Origin: a virus
Taxonomy: Duplodnaviria; Caudoviricetes
DNA length: 64,000 nucleotides
Virus record (IMG/VR): IMGVR_UViG_3300032330_002145
Span: 1-64,000 of that record
Reading direction: 5' to 3' (one strand)
Shown here: positions 1 through 8,992 of the stretch, piece by piece
Position numbering within the stretch: position 1 is the first letter of the stretch
How the letters are laid out: the number at the start of each line of letters is the position of its first letter
Notes under the pieces: generated by a model
The model's input: the letters and a program-made list of their open reading frames with translations, nothing else
Told to the model about the DNA's origin: nothing
Database searches by the model: none
Program-made: the position numbers and the translations under genes

Positions 1-170
1 GGGACGTCAGTCTCGGAAAGAGTTGAGTAAGAAGAGAGTAACTTAGACCTTAAGGAGTGGTAAACCTAAAAGACCGTGACTGAGAAATACTTCTCAAAAG
101 GAAGTGGATACGAAGTGAAACAATAATACTTCAAAAGATTCTCACCATAAGCTGTAATCTCAGGCTTTTT
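1..170 (+). ncRNA. Candidate 3' part of a large structured non-coding RNA (possibly GOLLD-like), truncated by window start
   Basis: ORF-free, GC-richer than flanks. Stems visible: tcagtctcgg(7-16)/ccgtgactga(74-83), tgagaa-atac-ttctca, gaagt...acttc, ctgaga(80-85)/tctcag(158-163); ends in a T-run. Family name is recollection only. Confidence 0.35.
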
Positions 171-178
171 TAATTTGA

Positions 179-201
179 CCTGTCGTTCTGACGGGTTTTT
201 T
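179..201 (+). terminator. Intrinsic terminator-like hairpin, copy 1 of a 22-bp direct repeat
   Basis: cctgtc-gttct-gacggg stem-loop (with G-U pair) followed by tttttt. Confidence 0.6.
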
Positions 202-224
202 AATTTTAAAGGTATTTATTATTT

Positions 225-1271
225 ATGAAGATAATCCTTACAGAGAGTCAGTTAAATTCACTTATCAACGAATCACTTGGTGTTAATGAATCGGCGATTG
301 ATTATACTAATTTTATATATAATTTATTGGAACCTGTTGCAATTCAAATGGTTGAATCAGGTAAGAAAAAAATTAAAGAAATTGATATTAATGTTGATAA
401 ATTAATTAAATTTATTAAAAAAGACCCTGTAACATTTGAAGAATTACCTATTGAGGAATTAGAGCTTGATTTAGCATTTATCCCAACAAAAAAATCTTTA
501 GTCGGTGATAAACCATTTGCTGTTGGTGGTGGATTTTATGATATACAGAATGAAAACAATGGTGGTTCATATATCATAGATACTTCATTTTTATTGCCAA
601 AGAATATTCTTGACAGTGTATCTAATAGTATTCATGCAAAATTACAATTTGAAATATATGTTAATGAGTCATTTGACCAATCAATGATTGATGAGTTATT
701 GTATGATTTAAGAGACACTATCACTCACGAGTTGAATCACTTATACGAATCTTATAAAAGATGGGGAAGTAGTGGTAAAGGTACCACTAACGTAGTTAAA
801 TCATATGCGGGAACTAAAAACGTTAATACACCTGGTGTTATTTTTGAGGTTTATTCTAAATTTTTATATTTTTTATATTATTCAGAGCCTTGGGAAATTA
901 ATGCGAATGTACAGGAGGCTTTCTCAAAAGTTAGTAGGATGAGTTTTGAAGAATTTAAGAAAACCGAACAGTGGAGAATTGCAAATGAGATGGAGAAATA
1001 TTCCGCTAAAAATTTATTTAATGAAGTAGTAAAAATTGCGGAAACTAAAGACCCTGAAACTGTGGATTTTCATATTAAAAACTTACATAAATTTTATCTT
1101 AAACAACATTTAAAGTACGACAAGGCATCTAAAGAAGCTGATGAGATTAAAGATACTGTATATAAAACTAAAAATTTACTTGGTTTGTTTAAAAAGTATG
1201 AACAAAGGATTAATTCGGCTGGAAGGAAACTGAAAAAAAATTACATGAGGTTATATTCAATTGAAAAATAA
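225..1271 (+). CDS. Putative zincin-like metallopeptidase with N-terminal head-protein leader
   Basis: HELNH (HExxH) plus downstream EPWEINA glutamate; N-terminus MKIILTESQLNSLINE. Confidence 0.5.
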   Translation: MKIILTESQLNSLINESLGVNESAIDYTNFIYNLLEPVAIQMVESGKKKIKEIDINVDKLIKFIKKDPVTFEELPIEELELDLAFIPTKKSLVGDKPFAVGGGFYDIQNENNGGSYIIDTSFLLPKNILDSVSNSIHAKLQFEIYVNESFDQSMIDELLYDLRDTITHELNHLYESYKRWGSSGKGTTNVVKSYAGTKNVNTPGVIFEVYSKFLYFLYYSEPWEINANVQEAFSKVSRMSFEEFKKTEQWRIANEMEKYSAKNLFNEVVKIAETKDPETVDFHIKNLHKFYLKQHLKYDKASKEADEIKDTVYKTKNLLGLFKKYEQRINSAGRKLKKNYMRLYSIEK

Positions 1272-1277
1272 AATCTA

Positions 1278-1300
1278 CTGTCGTTCTGACGGGTTTTTTT
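1278..1300 (+). terminator. Intrinsic terminator-like hairpin, copy 2 of the 22-bp direct repeat
   Basis: ctgtcgttctgacgggtttttt identical to 180-201, 7 nt after the ORF stop. Confidence 0.65.
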
Positions 1301-1363
1301 ATTTACAGAAATTTTATTTTTTATATTATTATTCTGTGTCAATTTATAAAAAAAATTAAAACT

Positions 1364-1735
1364 ATGGAAACAACTTATTTTGTTTTAGGTGTGCTCACGG
1401 TAGTTGCGGTAATTGTTGCCGGTGTGATTACTTGGGGTATGTTTAAGATTAGTAAACAACAAACAGAAATTGGAAATCTGAAAGAAGATATCCAACAATT
1501 AGTGAGAACAATTTCACAAGAAATAGAATATACGACTCGTCGTATTGATAGTGAAAGACAATATATTCAATCTGATTTTAGAGAACATAACGACAGATTG
1601 GAAAGACAAATTACAGATATTTGGAGAGGTGTGACGGATTCTATTTCTGAATCCAATTCATATACTGACAAACGAATTGATAAATTAATTGATACATATG
1701 ATATCAAGAAAGAAAAAGACCTTTTAAAAGGATAA
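1364..1735 (+). CDS. Single-pass membrane protein with coiled-coil tail, function unknown
   Basis: Hydrophobic N-terminal helix FVLGVLTVVAVIVAGVITWGMF, then heptad-like helical region. Confidence 0.6.
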   Translation: METTYFVLGVLTVVAVIVAGVITWGMFKISKQQTEIGNLKEDIQQLVRTISQEIEYTTRRIDSERQYIQSDFREHNDRLERQITDIWRGVTDSISESNSYTDKRIDKLIDTYDIKKEKDLLKG

Positions 1736-1756
1736 AATAAAAAAGAATTGACACAA

Positions 1757-1781
1757 AAAAACCCCTCAATGAGGGGTTTTT
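1757..1781. terminator. Bidirectional intrinsic terminator
   Basis: aaaaaaacccctc-aat-gaggggttttt between the convergent ORF and tmRNA. Confidence 0.8.
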
Positions 1782-1785
1782 AATT

Positions 1786-2183
1786 TGGTGGAGATGCGGG
1801 GGTTCGAACCCCGGTCCAAATATGTCGGATATAAAACACTACACGCTTAGGTCATTGTTTTTCTAAACAATCCGAAACTTCACAATTCCCTTATTTTATA
1901 GTGGTTCGGTTTACTGAGAACTAATCCTCCACTTTGTTCCTTTTTGGGTAGGAACCACACCACAACTACGACTTCTGTTGCAAGGTTATATGTCTGCCGA
2001 CCCCTTTGTATTCTAATCTTAGATTAGGCTACTTCTACCGTTTCTTCAGTGCGAACAAGTCCTACTGCAGAAAGTTTGTTGATTACGTTTCCGTTTATCA
2101 TTTAAGCCAGTTATACAGGGTTAGCTTAGCCCCGACGTGCGTTTTATAACAGATTCATACCTGTCAAATCCAAAAACATCCCC
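1786..2183 (-). ncRNA. ssrA: tmRNA (transfer-messenger RNA), about 398 nt
   Basis: Minus strand starts GGGGAUGUUUUUGGAUUUGACAGG and ends GGUUCGAACCCCCGCAUCUCCACCA. Acceptor stem has G3-U70; T-loop and encoded CCA present; internal tag ORF at 2024-2092. Confidence 0.95.
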
Positions 2184-2205
2184 ATATACTCAAAGAACTA
2201 TATTA

Positions 2206-2213
2206 CAAATATA
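2206..2213 (-). promoter_or_regulatory. Bacteroidota-type -7 promoter element (TATATTTG) upstream of tmRNA
   Basis: Matches TAnnTTTG about 23 nt upstream of the tmRNA 5' end; overlaps a TATTTATA motif. Confidence 0.55.
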
Positions 2214-2252
2214 TAAATATATATTCTAAAAACCAAATATTTATGGAAATAT

Positions 2253-3320
2253 ATGGAACTGTATAATGCGTTAACTGGATATCTTGATGGGACTATTGAT
2301 AGTCAAACTATTAATCGTGGTTGGGGTGATGACTTAAGAATAACTATTGATAATAGTAACCGAAAAAAAAGTTTAATTGTTTTTACTTTTGAACCTGATA
2401 CCTACTATAGTTTTTTTATAGGTCGTGATTCTGAAAATAATTATAATACACATCTTTTAGATATTGCTTTAAATAGAAGTTATTATCATGGTACTGTTTT
2501 TTACGAAGAGTATAGTGCTCTTTCAGATTTGAAAGAAGGTTATATACTTGAATATTTTAATGAAGAAAGTTCTGAACTTTTAAAACAAATATTATTTTAT
2601 GTCAAACCTGGTTTGAAATTTACAAGAGTTAGTGAATTAGAGTATCAAACAAAGATAGATATTGCCAATACATTACTTAGTTTATATGGGGATGATATGG
2701 AAGACATCGCTTCACATTATGCATCATATTATGATGATGCATTAGTTGAAGGATTGAGACAATATGTACGTGGTAAGTTATGTAATCAATTCCAAGAATA
2801 TTTTATACACGAAAAAATATGTTCAATAAAATATTTTTCCACAGTTGGTAATATTGTTAATTTATGGGATAAAATGGACGTAGATAAAAAATCAGATATT
2901 AATGGTTTTTTTAAAACTTTAGTTAGTAAAACTAGTCTTGAATTTGATGAAGATTTGTATGATGATTATTATTCATATTATGATTACAGTAATTTTGATG
3001 AAGATGGATTTAATCGTGAAGTTACCAGAATTTTAGAAAGAATTTTGGATAAACTTGAAGATGATATTGATGAAAAAACAATGAAAGAAAATATTAAAAT
3101 AATTAATTTTTTCTCAAAAAATAATATAGATTTTAATAAAGTTACCCTATTTGCAGATTCAAAATTTTTCAATAAAAAAAATATTAGAAAATATTTTATC
3201 ATTAAAAAACTTGACGATGGTAAAATCGTATTGACCGACCATAATCAGTACGATATTAGGCAAATGGTTATGAATCTTGAAGATTTTAAAAATTATTATC
3301 AACATCCTGAGTTATTTTAA
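2253..3320 (+). CDS. Hypothetical protein (acidic, Tyr-rich)
   Basis: 355-aa ORF, TATTTAT motif at 2238-2244; no recognised domain. Confidence 0.7.
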   Translation: MELYNALTGYLDGTIDSQTINRGWGDDLRITIDNSNRKKSLIVFTFEPDTYYSFFIGRDSENNYNTHLLDIALNRSYYHGTVFYEEYSALSDLKEGYILEYFNEESSELLKQILFYVKPGLKFTRVSELEYQTKIDIANTLLSLYGDDMEDIASHYASYYDDALVEGLRQYVRGKLCNQFQEYFIHEKICSIKYFSTVGNIVNLWDKMDVDKKSDINGFFKTLVSKTSLEFDEDLYDDYYSYYDYSNFDEDGFNREVTRILERILDKLEDDIDEKTMKENIKIINFFSKNNIDFNKVTLFADSKFFNKKNIRKYFIIKKLDDGKIVLTDHNQYDIRQMVMNLEDFKNYYQHPELF

Positions 3321-3332
3321 TTTTTTTTTCAT

Positions 3333-3340
3333 TATATTTG
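3333..3340 (+). promoter_or_regulatory. Bacteroidota-type -7 promoter element TATATTTG
   Basis: Exact TAnnTTTG 4 nt before the ATG at 3345. Confidence 0.55.
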
Positions 3341-3344
3341 TAAT

Positions 3345-4169
3345 ATGGAAAAAAATATTGATTTTTTAAAAGAAGTTTTGTCTGTTCCGACAAAAACTTA
3401 TCAAGAAGATTTAATGATTGAATTTTTGGAAAACTGGTTAACAGAAAATAATTTACCTTTTTTCACAGATAAACATCAAAACATCTACGTAACAAAATTA
3501 ACTGAAAAAGTTGATGAGGATTTTTATTTTCCTTGTGTTGTTGCTCATACGGATACCGTTCACAAGTTGGACGTAATTAATATCCGAGAAGAAAATTTAC
3601 CAAATGCTCAGAATGAATTAAAGTTGGCGTTAAAGGCTTACAATAATTTTGACGAACCAACAGGTATTGGTGGTGACAATAAGTGTGGGGTCTTCGCTTG
3701 TTTGGAATTATTAAAGGAATTACCAAATCTTAAAGTTGCATTTTTCGTATCTGAAGAAACAGGTTGTCATGGTTCAAGAATGGCAGATAAAGATTTTTTC
3801 AAAGATGTTGGTTATGCTATTCAGTTTGACGCACCTGAAAATTGGATGGTGACAGAAATCTGTATGGGGACACGATTGTTCAAACGAGATTCCGATTTTT
3901 TTGAAACTTGTAAATCAGTGATTAATGAGAACTTCAATGGAAGGGAGAAATATGAATCACATCCTTATACCGATGTTTACGCTCTTAAAAACGCCTTTGA
4001 TTTCGCCTGTATTAATTTCTCAATAGGTTATTATGATTACCATACAAGAAATGAATATGTGGTCGTTGAGGATGTTATAAATGGTATTAAAACAGGTAGG
4101 GAACTAATTGAAAAATTAGGGAATAAATTCTACAAGGAAATCTGTAACGATAATCCATATTTCAAATAA
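3345..4169 (+). CDS. M20/M28/M42-clan zinc peptidase
   Basis: VAHTDTVH, GGDNKCG, SEETGCHGS, QFDAP and C-terminal DYHT metal-binding motifs. Confidence 0.85.
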   Translation: MEKNIDFLKEVLSVPTKTYQEDLMIEFLENWLTENNLPFFTDKHQNIYVTKLTEKVDEDFYFPCVVAHTDTVHKLDVINIREENLPNAQNELKLALKAYNNFDEPTGIGGDNKCGVFACLELLKELPNLKVAFFVSEETGCHGSRMADKDFFKDVGYAIQFDAPENWMVTEICMGTRLFKRDSDFFETCKSVINENFNGREKYESHPYTDVYALKNAFDFACINFSIGYYDYHTRNEYVVVEDVINGIKTGRELIEKLGNKFYKEICNDNPYFK

Positions 4170-4181
4170 AAAAAAGGGGGT

Positions 4182-6224
4182 TTATTCCCCCTTTTTCTTT
4201 CTTGTTTTTTTCTGTTTGTCCTCAATGATTTTTATTTTAATCTCATTGTTTTCAACATATAGGATATACGAAATATCTTCTTTCAAGTCACCTTTAAGAA
4301 CTTCTTCAGATACATAATCCTCAATTTTGTCTTGGATTGCTCTCTTCAACGGTCTAGCCCCGTAAGTTTCGTCAAATCCGACTTCTGAGATTAAATCAAT
4401 TACTGAGTCCTCATAACTGATATTGTATTTTAATGAAACCAATCTACCACAAAGTTTATCAACTTCAAGTTTAACAATCTTTTTAATATCTTCTTTTTGT
4501 AAACTGTTGAATACAATTACTTCGTCAATACGGTTAAGGAATTCAGGTGCGAAAAACTTTTGAAGTTCTTTCTTTAGAATGTCTCTTTTTAATTCCTCTT
4601 GGATATAAGTGTTTGTATCATTTTTGAATCCAATACCGACTCCAAACTCTTGTAATTTTTTAGCTCCAATATTAGAAGTCATAATTATTACACAGTTTTT
4701 GAAATTGATTTTTCTACCTAATCCATCAGTGATATGACCGTCATCTAAAACTTGTAGTAATGTTGAGAAGATATCTTTGTTAGCTTTTTCAATCTCATCA
4801 AATAATATTACTGAGTACGGTTTGTTTTTAACTTGTTCAGTTAATTGACCACCTTCATCATAACCAACATATCCTGGAGGTGAACCTATCAATCTTGAAA
4901 TTGTATGTTTTTCTTGGAATTCTGACATGTCAATTCTAATCAGATTGTCTTCACTTCCAAAAATTTGTTTGGCTAATTCTTTAGCTAATAATGTTTTACC
5001 AACACCTGTGGAACCTAAAAATATAAATGAACCAATAGGTCTGTTAGGGTCTTTAATACCTAATCTATTTCTTCTAATAGCCTTTGCAATTTTAGAAACG
5101 GCTGGTAACTGACCAATAACTTTATCTGATAAGTTATTTTCAATCGAAGATAAAGCTTTTGTTTCGTCAGAATTTAACTTTGAAATAGGTATTTTAGTCA
5201 TGTTAGACACTACTTCATATACCATTTCTACAGTAACTTCTTTTTTCTGAAGAGACATTTCCTCCTCAAATTTTTTCTTTTCTTCGTCTAATTTATTTAA
5301 GATTTTCTTTTCTTTATCTCTTAAATTTGCTGCCTCTTCATAATTTTGTTTTTTAACAACGTCAATTTTTAACTTCTTAATGTCAGAAGCTTCAGATTTT
5401 AATTTCTCAATGATTTCTGGCATCTTAACATCAACTTGACTTCTTGCCCCTACTTCATCAATAATATCAAATGCCTTATCAGGGAATTCTCTATCTGTGA
5501 TATATCTTTCAGCTAAATCAACACAAATATTTAGGACTTCATCATTATATAAAACTTTATGATAGTCCTCATATCTATTTTTTGAGTTTCTTAAGATTTC
5601 TAAAGTTTCGTCTTTAGTTGCAGCATCAACAATTACTTTTTGAAAACGTCTTTCTAATGCTCCATCCTTTTCAAAGTTTTTTCTATACTCATCTAATGTG
5701 GTTGCTCCAATACATTGGATTTCACCACGAGCAAGTGCTGGTTTAAAGATGTTAGATGCATCTAATGAACCCGAAGAATTACCCGCTCCAACAATTGTAT
5801 GGATTTCATCAATGAATACAATGATGTTTGGTGCATTCTGAAGTTCTTCAATAATAACTTTCATCCTTTCCTCAAATTGTCCACGATATTTTGTACCAGC
5901 AACTATTGATGTCATATCCAACGATACAATACGTTTGTCCATTAGATTTCTTGGACATTCACCATTGAAGATTTTAATTGCCAATCCTTCAGCGATTGCT
6001 GTTTTACCACAACCTGGCTCACCAATAATAATTGGGTTATTTTTTTTACGTCTTGATAAAATCTGAGCAATCCTTTGGATTTCTCTTTCTCGTCCAACAA
6101 CAGGGTCTAATTTACCTTGTTCAGCAAGTTTGATTAAATCCCGACTAAAATTATCAAGTACAGGTGTTGACGAGTCACCCGCTTTATTTTGTTTTTTACC
6201 GTCACCATCCATAGATTCAATCAT
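4182..6224 (-). CDS. clpC: ClpC-like Hsp100 ATPase lacking the N-terminal Clp-repeat domain
   Basis: Two AAA+ modules (GEPGCGKT/FIDEIH; GSTGVGKT/LFDEIEKA), UVR-like middle domain (QNYEEAANLRD), IGF ClpP-docking loop (GVGIGF), GARPLKRAIQ. Confidence 0.9.
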   Translation of the reverse strand: MIESMDGDGKKQNKAGDSSTPVLDNFSRDLIKLAEQGKLDPVVGREREIQRIAQILSRRKKNNPIIIGEPGCGKTAIAEGLAIKIFNGECPRNLMDKRIVSLDMTSIVAGTKYRGQFEERMKVIIEELQNAPNIIVFIDEIHTIVGAGNSSGSLDASNIFKPALARGEIQCIGATTLDEYRKNFEKDGALERRFQKVIVDAATKDETLEILRNSKNRYEDYHKVLYNDEVLNICVDLAERYITDREFPDKAFDIIDEVGARSQVDVKMPEIIEKLKSEASDIKKLKIDVVKKQNYEEAANLRDKEKKILNKLDEEKKKFEEEMSLQKKEVTVEMVYEVVSNMTKIPISKLNSDETKALSSIENNLSDKVIGQLPAVSKIAKAIRRNRLGIKDPNRPIGSFIFLGSTGVGKTLLAKELAKQIFGSEDNLIRIDMSEFQEKHTISRLIGSPPGYVGYDEGGQLTEQVKNKPYSVILFDEIEKANKDIFSTLLQVLDDGHITDGLGRKINFKNCVIIMTSNIGAKKLQEFGVGIGFKNDTNTYIQEELKRDILKKELQKFFAPEFLNRIDEVIVFNSLQKEDIKKIVKLEVDKLCGRLVSLKYNISYEDSVIDLISEVGFDETYGARPLKRAIQDKIEDYVSEEVLKGDLKEDISYILYVENNEIKIKIIEDKQKKTRKKKGE

Positions 6225-6329
6225 AAGAAATATTATATATCACAAAAATATGATGTTATCTTTGAAATATCAACCCATTGTTAATTATTTACGATAAGTT
6301 TAAATTATATATTTTTAAATAAAAAAGTT

Positions 6330-6572
6330 ATGGCAATATTAAAAGAAGAAATTAAAGGAACTAAAATCATTAACGAGATTCAGTCAAGTAACATTAGAAA
6401 ATCAGAATATGATACTGAGACTAAAAAACTAATTGTTGAATTCAATAACGGTCATTGTTATGAGTATGACGAGGTACCACATCAGTTGTATACTCAATTC
6501 AGAAGTTCTGAATCACAGGGTAAATTTTTTAACAGTAAAATATCTAAAGTTTTTAAATATAAAAAAATTTAA
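6330..6572 (+). CDS. KTSC domain protein
   Basis: SSNI..SEYD....LIVEFNNG..YEYDEVP......F..SESQGKFFN pattern. Confidence 0.9.
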   Translation: MAILKEEIKGTKIINEIQSSNIRKSEYDTETKKLIVEFNNGHCYEYDEVPHQLYTQFRSSESQGKFFNSKISKVFKYKKI

Positions 6573-6602
6573 ATAATACTTTAACTCAAATATTTATGAG
6601 TA

Positions 6603-8933
6603 ATGAGTAAATTTGAATCTATATTAAAAAGTTTTCATTCTAAAGACAATCTTAATTCTAAGATTTGGAAAGAAAGTGCGAATGATATAACTATTAACCC
6701 AAAAGTTAGAAAAAAACTTTTGGAAATTGCAAATGAATTTATTGAATTTTTAAAAGTTGATGTTGTAGTTTCTGATATTATTATGACAGGTTCTTTGGCT
6801 AATTATAATTGGTCAGAATTTTCAGATATTGATTTACATATTGTTGTTGATTTTGAACAATTCAGTAAAGAACAGTTACCTTTATACGAAGAACTTTTTA
6901 GATTAAAGAAGACTCTATTTAATGACAAACATGATATAACAATTTATGGTTATGAGGTTGAGTTATATGTTCAAAATGAATCAGAATCACATTTTAGTAG
7001 TGGAGTTTTTTCAGTATTAAATGATGAATGGATTGTTGAACCAAAAAAAGAAGATGTAAAAATTGATATTGGTTTAATAAAAAATAAAGCGGAACAATGG
7101 ATGAGAATCATTGATGGTGTTATTGAAAACGCATCGGATGAACCACTTGATGAAGCTAAAAAAATCATTTCAAAATATAAAGATAAATTAAAAAAATATA
7201 GAACCTGTGGGTTAGAGTCAGGTGGGGAATATTCTGACGAAAATTTAGTTTTTAAAATTTTAAGAAGAAATAACTATATTCAAAAGTTATTTGATTTTGA
7301 GGTTGAAATGGAGGATAAAGAACTTTCTTTAAATGAAAGTAGAATGAAAAAAATAATACTTGAAGGTTCTAAAGATAGTTTAGACCCAAGTGTATTAAAA
7401 GCATTACAATCTGTTGAAACTACTTACGGGGTAAAAATAACTGATGATAATGTTAATGATGAATTGGAACAAGAAAAACAAATCTATCATGATAATTCAG
7501 GAATAGATTCTTCAGCATTATCCCAATTAAAAAAGTTATTATCTGATTTATATTCTAAATTCCCAAACGCACCTGAAGACTCTAACAGTAATTGTGATGG
7601 AGTTAAAGGTTGTGTTTCAGGATATAGAGGATATTCTACACAGGTTAAAACTTTTGGTAGTAAAATCAGTAGAGATGGTGGTGTATCTAATAGACAAAAA
7701 TTTTCAGCTTTACCAGGATTTTCTCAACATCACACAGGTAAAGGATTTGATATATTAAGTGTTGAACCATCGTGGTGGAATAAAAATTCTGACATTAAAT
7801 CATGGGTTGCAAATAACGTATGTAAGTATGGATTTAAAGTATCTTATCCAACACAGGGAGTTTTAAGAAGTGCTGAACCTTGGCATTTATTCTATACTGG
7901 ACAATTTTGTGGTGGTGATAAAGAGGAAAAAACTCCTGAAACAATAAAAACTCCTGAAACAATAAAAACTGTAGAAAAAGAAAAAACACCTGAAACAATA
8001 AAAACTGAATCAGGTAATTTAATATCCGATATAACAAATTTTTCAAAAAGTTCAAGGACATTGACTAATTTAAAAAAAGAAGGTGGTAGATTATCTTTTA
8101 ATTTAGAAGTACAAAATTTACAAAAAGCATTACAATTTTTAAAATATTCTTTACCAAAATGGGGTGCTGATGGTAAATTTGGTAATGAAACAGAATCGGC
8201 ATTAAGAAAATTTGAATTGGCAAATGGATTAGAAGAAGATGGTAAATTTGATTCTGAAGATGCGGAAGTTTTGGTTAAAAAGTTGATTAGTTCAGGATAC
8301 GAAAAAACTGATAACCAACAAATACAAGTAACTCCAAGTGAAGTGGAAAAAGATAAAGTTGTTGCAACTACAACTAATGATGATGAATATGTTGTTTTAA
8401 TTCCACCAAACTATCAGGGTAAAAATGTTCACGTATTATTTGGAGGTTCTCACACATCAGGATATTCAAAAAATAGTTTTAAAACTGAAGCTATACAAAA
8501 ATATGGTAATATTTTGAAACCTTACGCTACTAACACTATAATTGTGGTAACACATCATATGAATACCGTAAGTAATGTACAAAAATATGTTAGTGAAAAA
8601 TATGGTGCAAATGTTACGTCTCTCGCAGGGTTTTCACAAGGTGGTAAAGAAGCTTGGAGACACGCATCGGATAGTTCATATAAATTAGTTGGGTTAATTG
8701 ACCCATCAACATATCAGACAGATGTTCAGTTTGGTAGTGGTACTTATTTATACTGTGACCCTAAAAATTGGGGAAAAACAGGATTTTACGGAGAGACAAG
8801 ACGAAAATTAGAATGGTATTGTGAGAACAAAGAAAAATACTCTGGTCACGTAACTTGTTTTGATAAAGGTGGATGGCATATGAATTTTGGTATTTTAAAA
8901 TCGTTCTACGACACATACGGTTCAATGATTTAA
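6603..8933 (+). CDS. Multidomain protein: Pol-beta-type nucleotidyltransferase + M15B (VanY-like) peptidase + peptidoglycan-binding domain + alpha/beta hydrolase
   Basis: GSLANYNW..SDIDLH; SQHHTGKGFD and EPWH; LQKALQFLKY...GADGKFGNETESAL; GFSQGG nucleophile elbow. Confidence 0.75.
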   Translation: MSKFESILKSFHSKDNLNSKIWKESANDITINPKVRKKLLEIANEFIEFLKVDVVVSDIIMTGSLANYNWSEFSDIDLHIVVDFEQFSKEQLPLYEELFRLKKTLFNDKHDITIYGYEVELYVQNESESHFSSGVFSVLNDEWIVEPKKEDVKIDIGLIKNKAEQWMRIIDGVIENASDEPLDEAKKIISKYKDKLKKYRTCGLESGGEYSDENLVFKILRRNNYIQKLFDFEVEMEDKELSLNESRMKKIILEGSKDSLDPSVLKALQSVETTYGVKITDDNVNDELEQEKQIYHDNSGIDSSALSQLKKLLSDLYSKFPNAPEDSNSNCDGVKGCVSGYRGYSTQVKTFGSKISRDGGVSNRQKFSALPGFSQHHTGKGFDILSVEPSWWNKNSDIKSWVANNVCKYGFKVSYPTQGVLRSAEPWHLFYTGQFCGGDKEEKTPETIKTPETIKTVEKEKTPETIKTESGNLISDITNFSKSSRTLTNLKKEGGRLSFNLEVQNLQKALQFLKYSLPKWGADGKFGNETESALRKFELANGLEEDGKFDSEDAEVLVKKLISSGYEKTDNQQIQVTPSEVEKDKVVATTTNDDEYVVLIPPNYQGKNVHVLFGGSHTSGYSKNSFKTEAIQKYGNILKPYATNTIIVVTHHMNTVSNVQKYVSEKYGANVTSLAGFSQGGKEAWRHASDSSYKLVGLIDPSTYQTDVQFGSGTYLYCDPKNWGKTGFYGETRRKLEWYCENKEKYSGHVTCFDKGGWHMNFGILKSFYDTYGSMI
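7928..8006 (+). repeat. KTPETI-encoding 18-bp tandem repeat (linker)
   Basis: aaaactcctgaaacaata twice plus a third degenerate copy. Confidence 0.8.
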
Positions 8934-8992
8934 AAGTAATTTTTCAATTGCCAATATATTTATATATAAAATAATTTTTTAAATTAAAAAAA

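Noticed and set aside
1364-1735. Membrane coiled-coil protein as an i-spanin paired with the 41-aa lipoprotein
   Set aside because: The genes are 28 kb apart, no endolysin or holin context is seen, and the mature lipoprotein is very short.
1786-1820. Apparent tRNA (T-arm plus CCA)
   Set aside because: It is the 3' end of the tmRNA; the matching 5' end is about 400 nt away and there is no anticodon arm.
3668-3690. Peptidase GGDNKCG as an inactivated GxDDK motif
   Set aside because: The first Asp, the metal ligand, is retained, and DN occurs in active M42-type enzymes.
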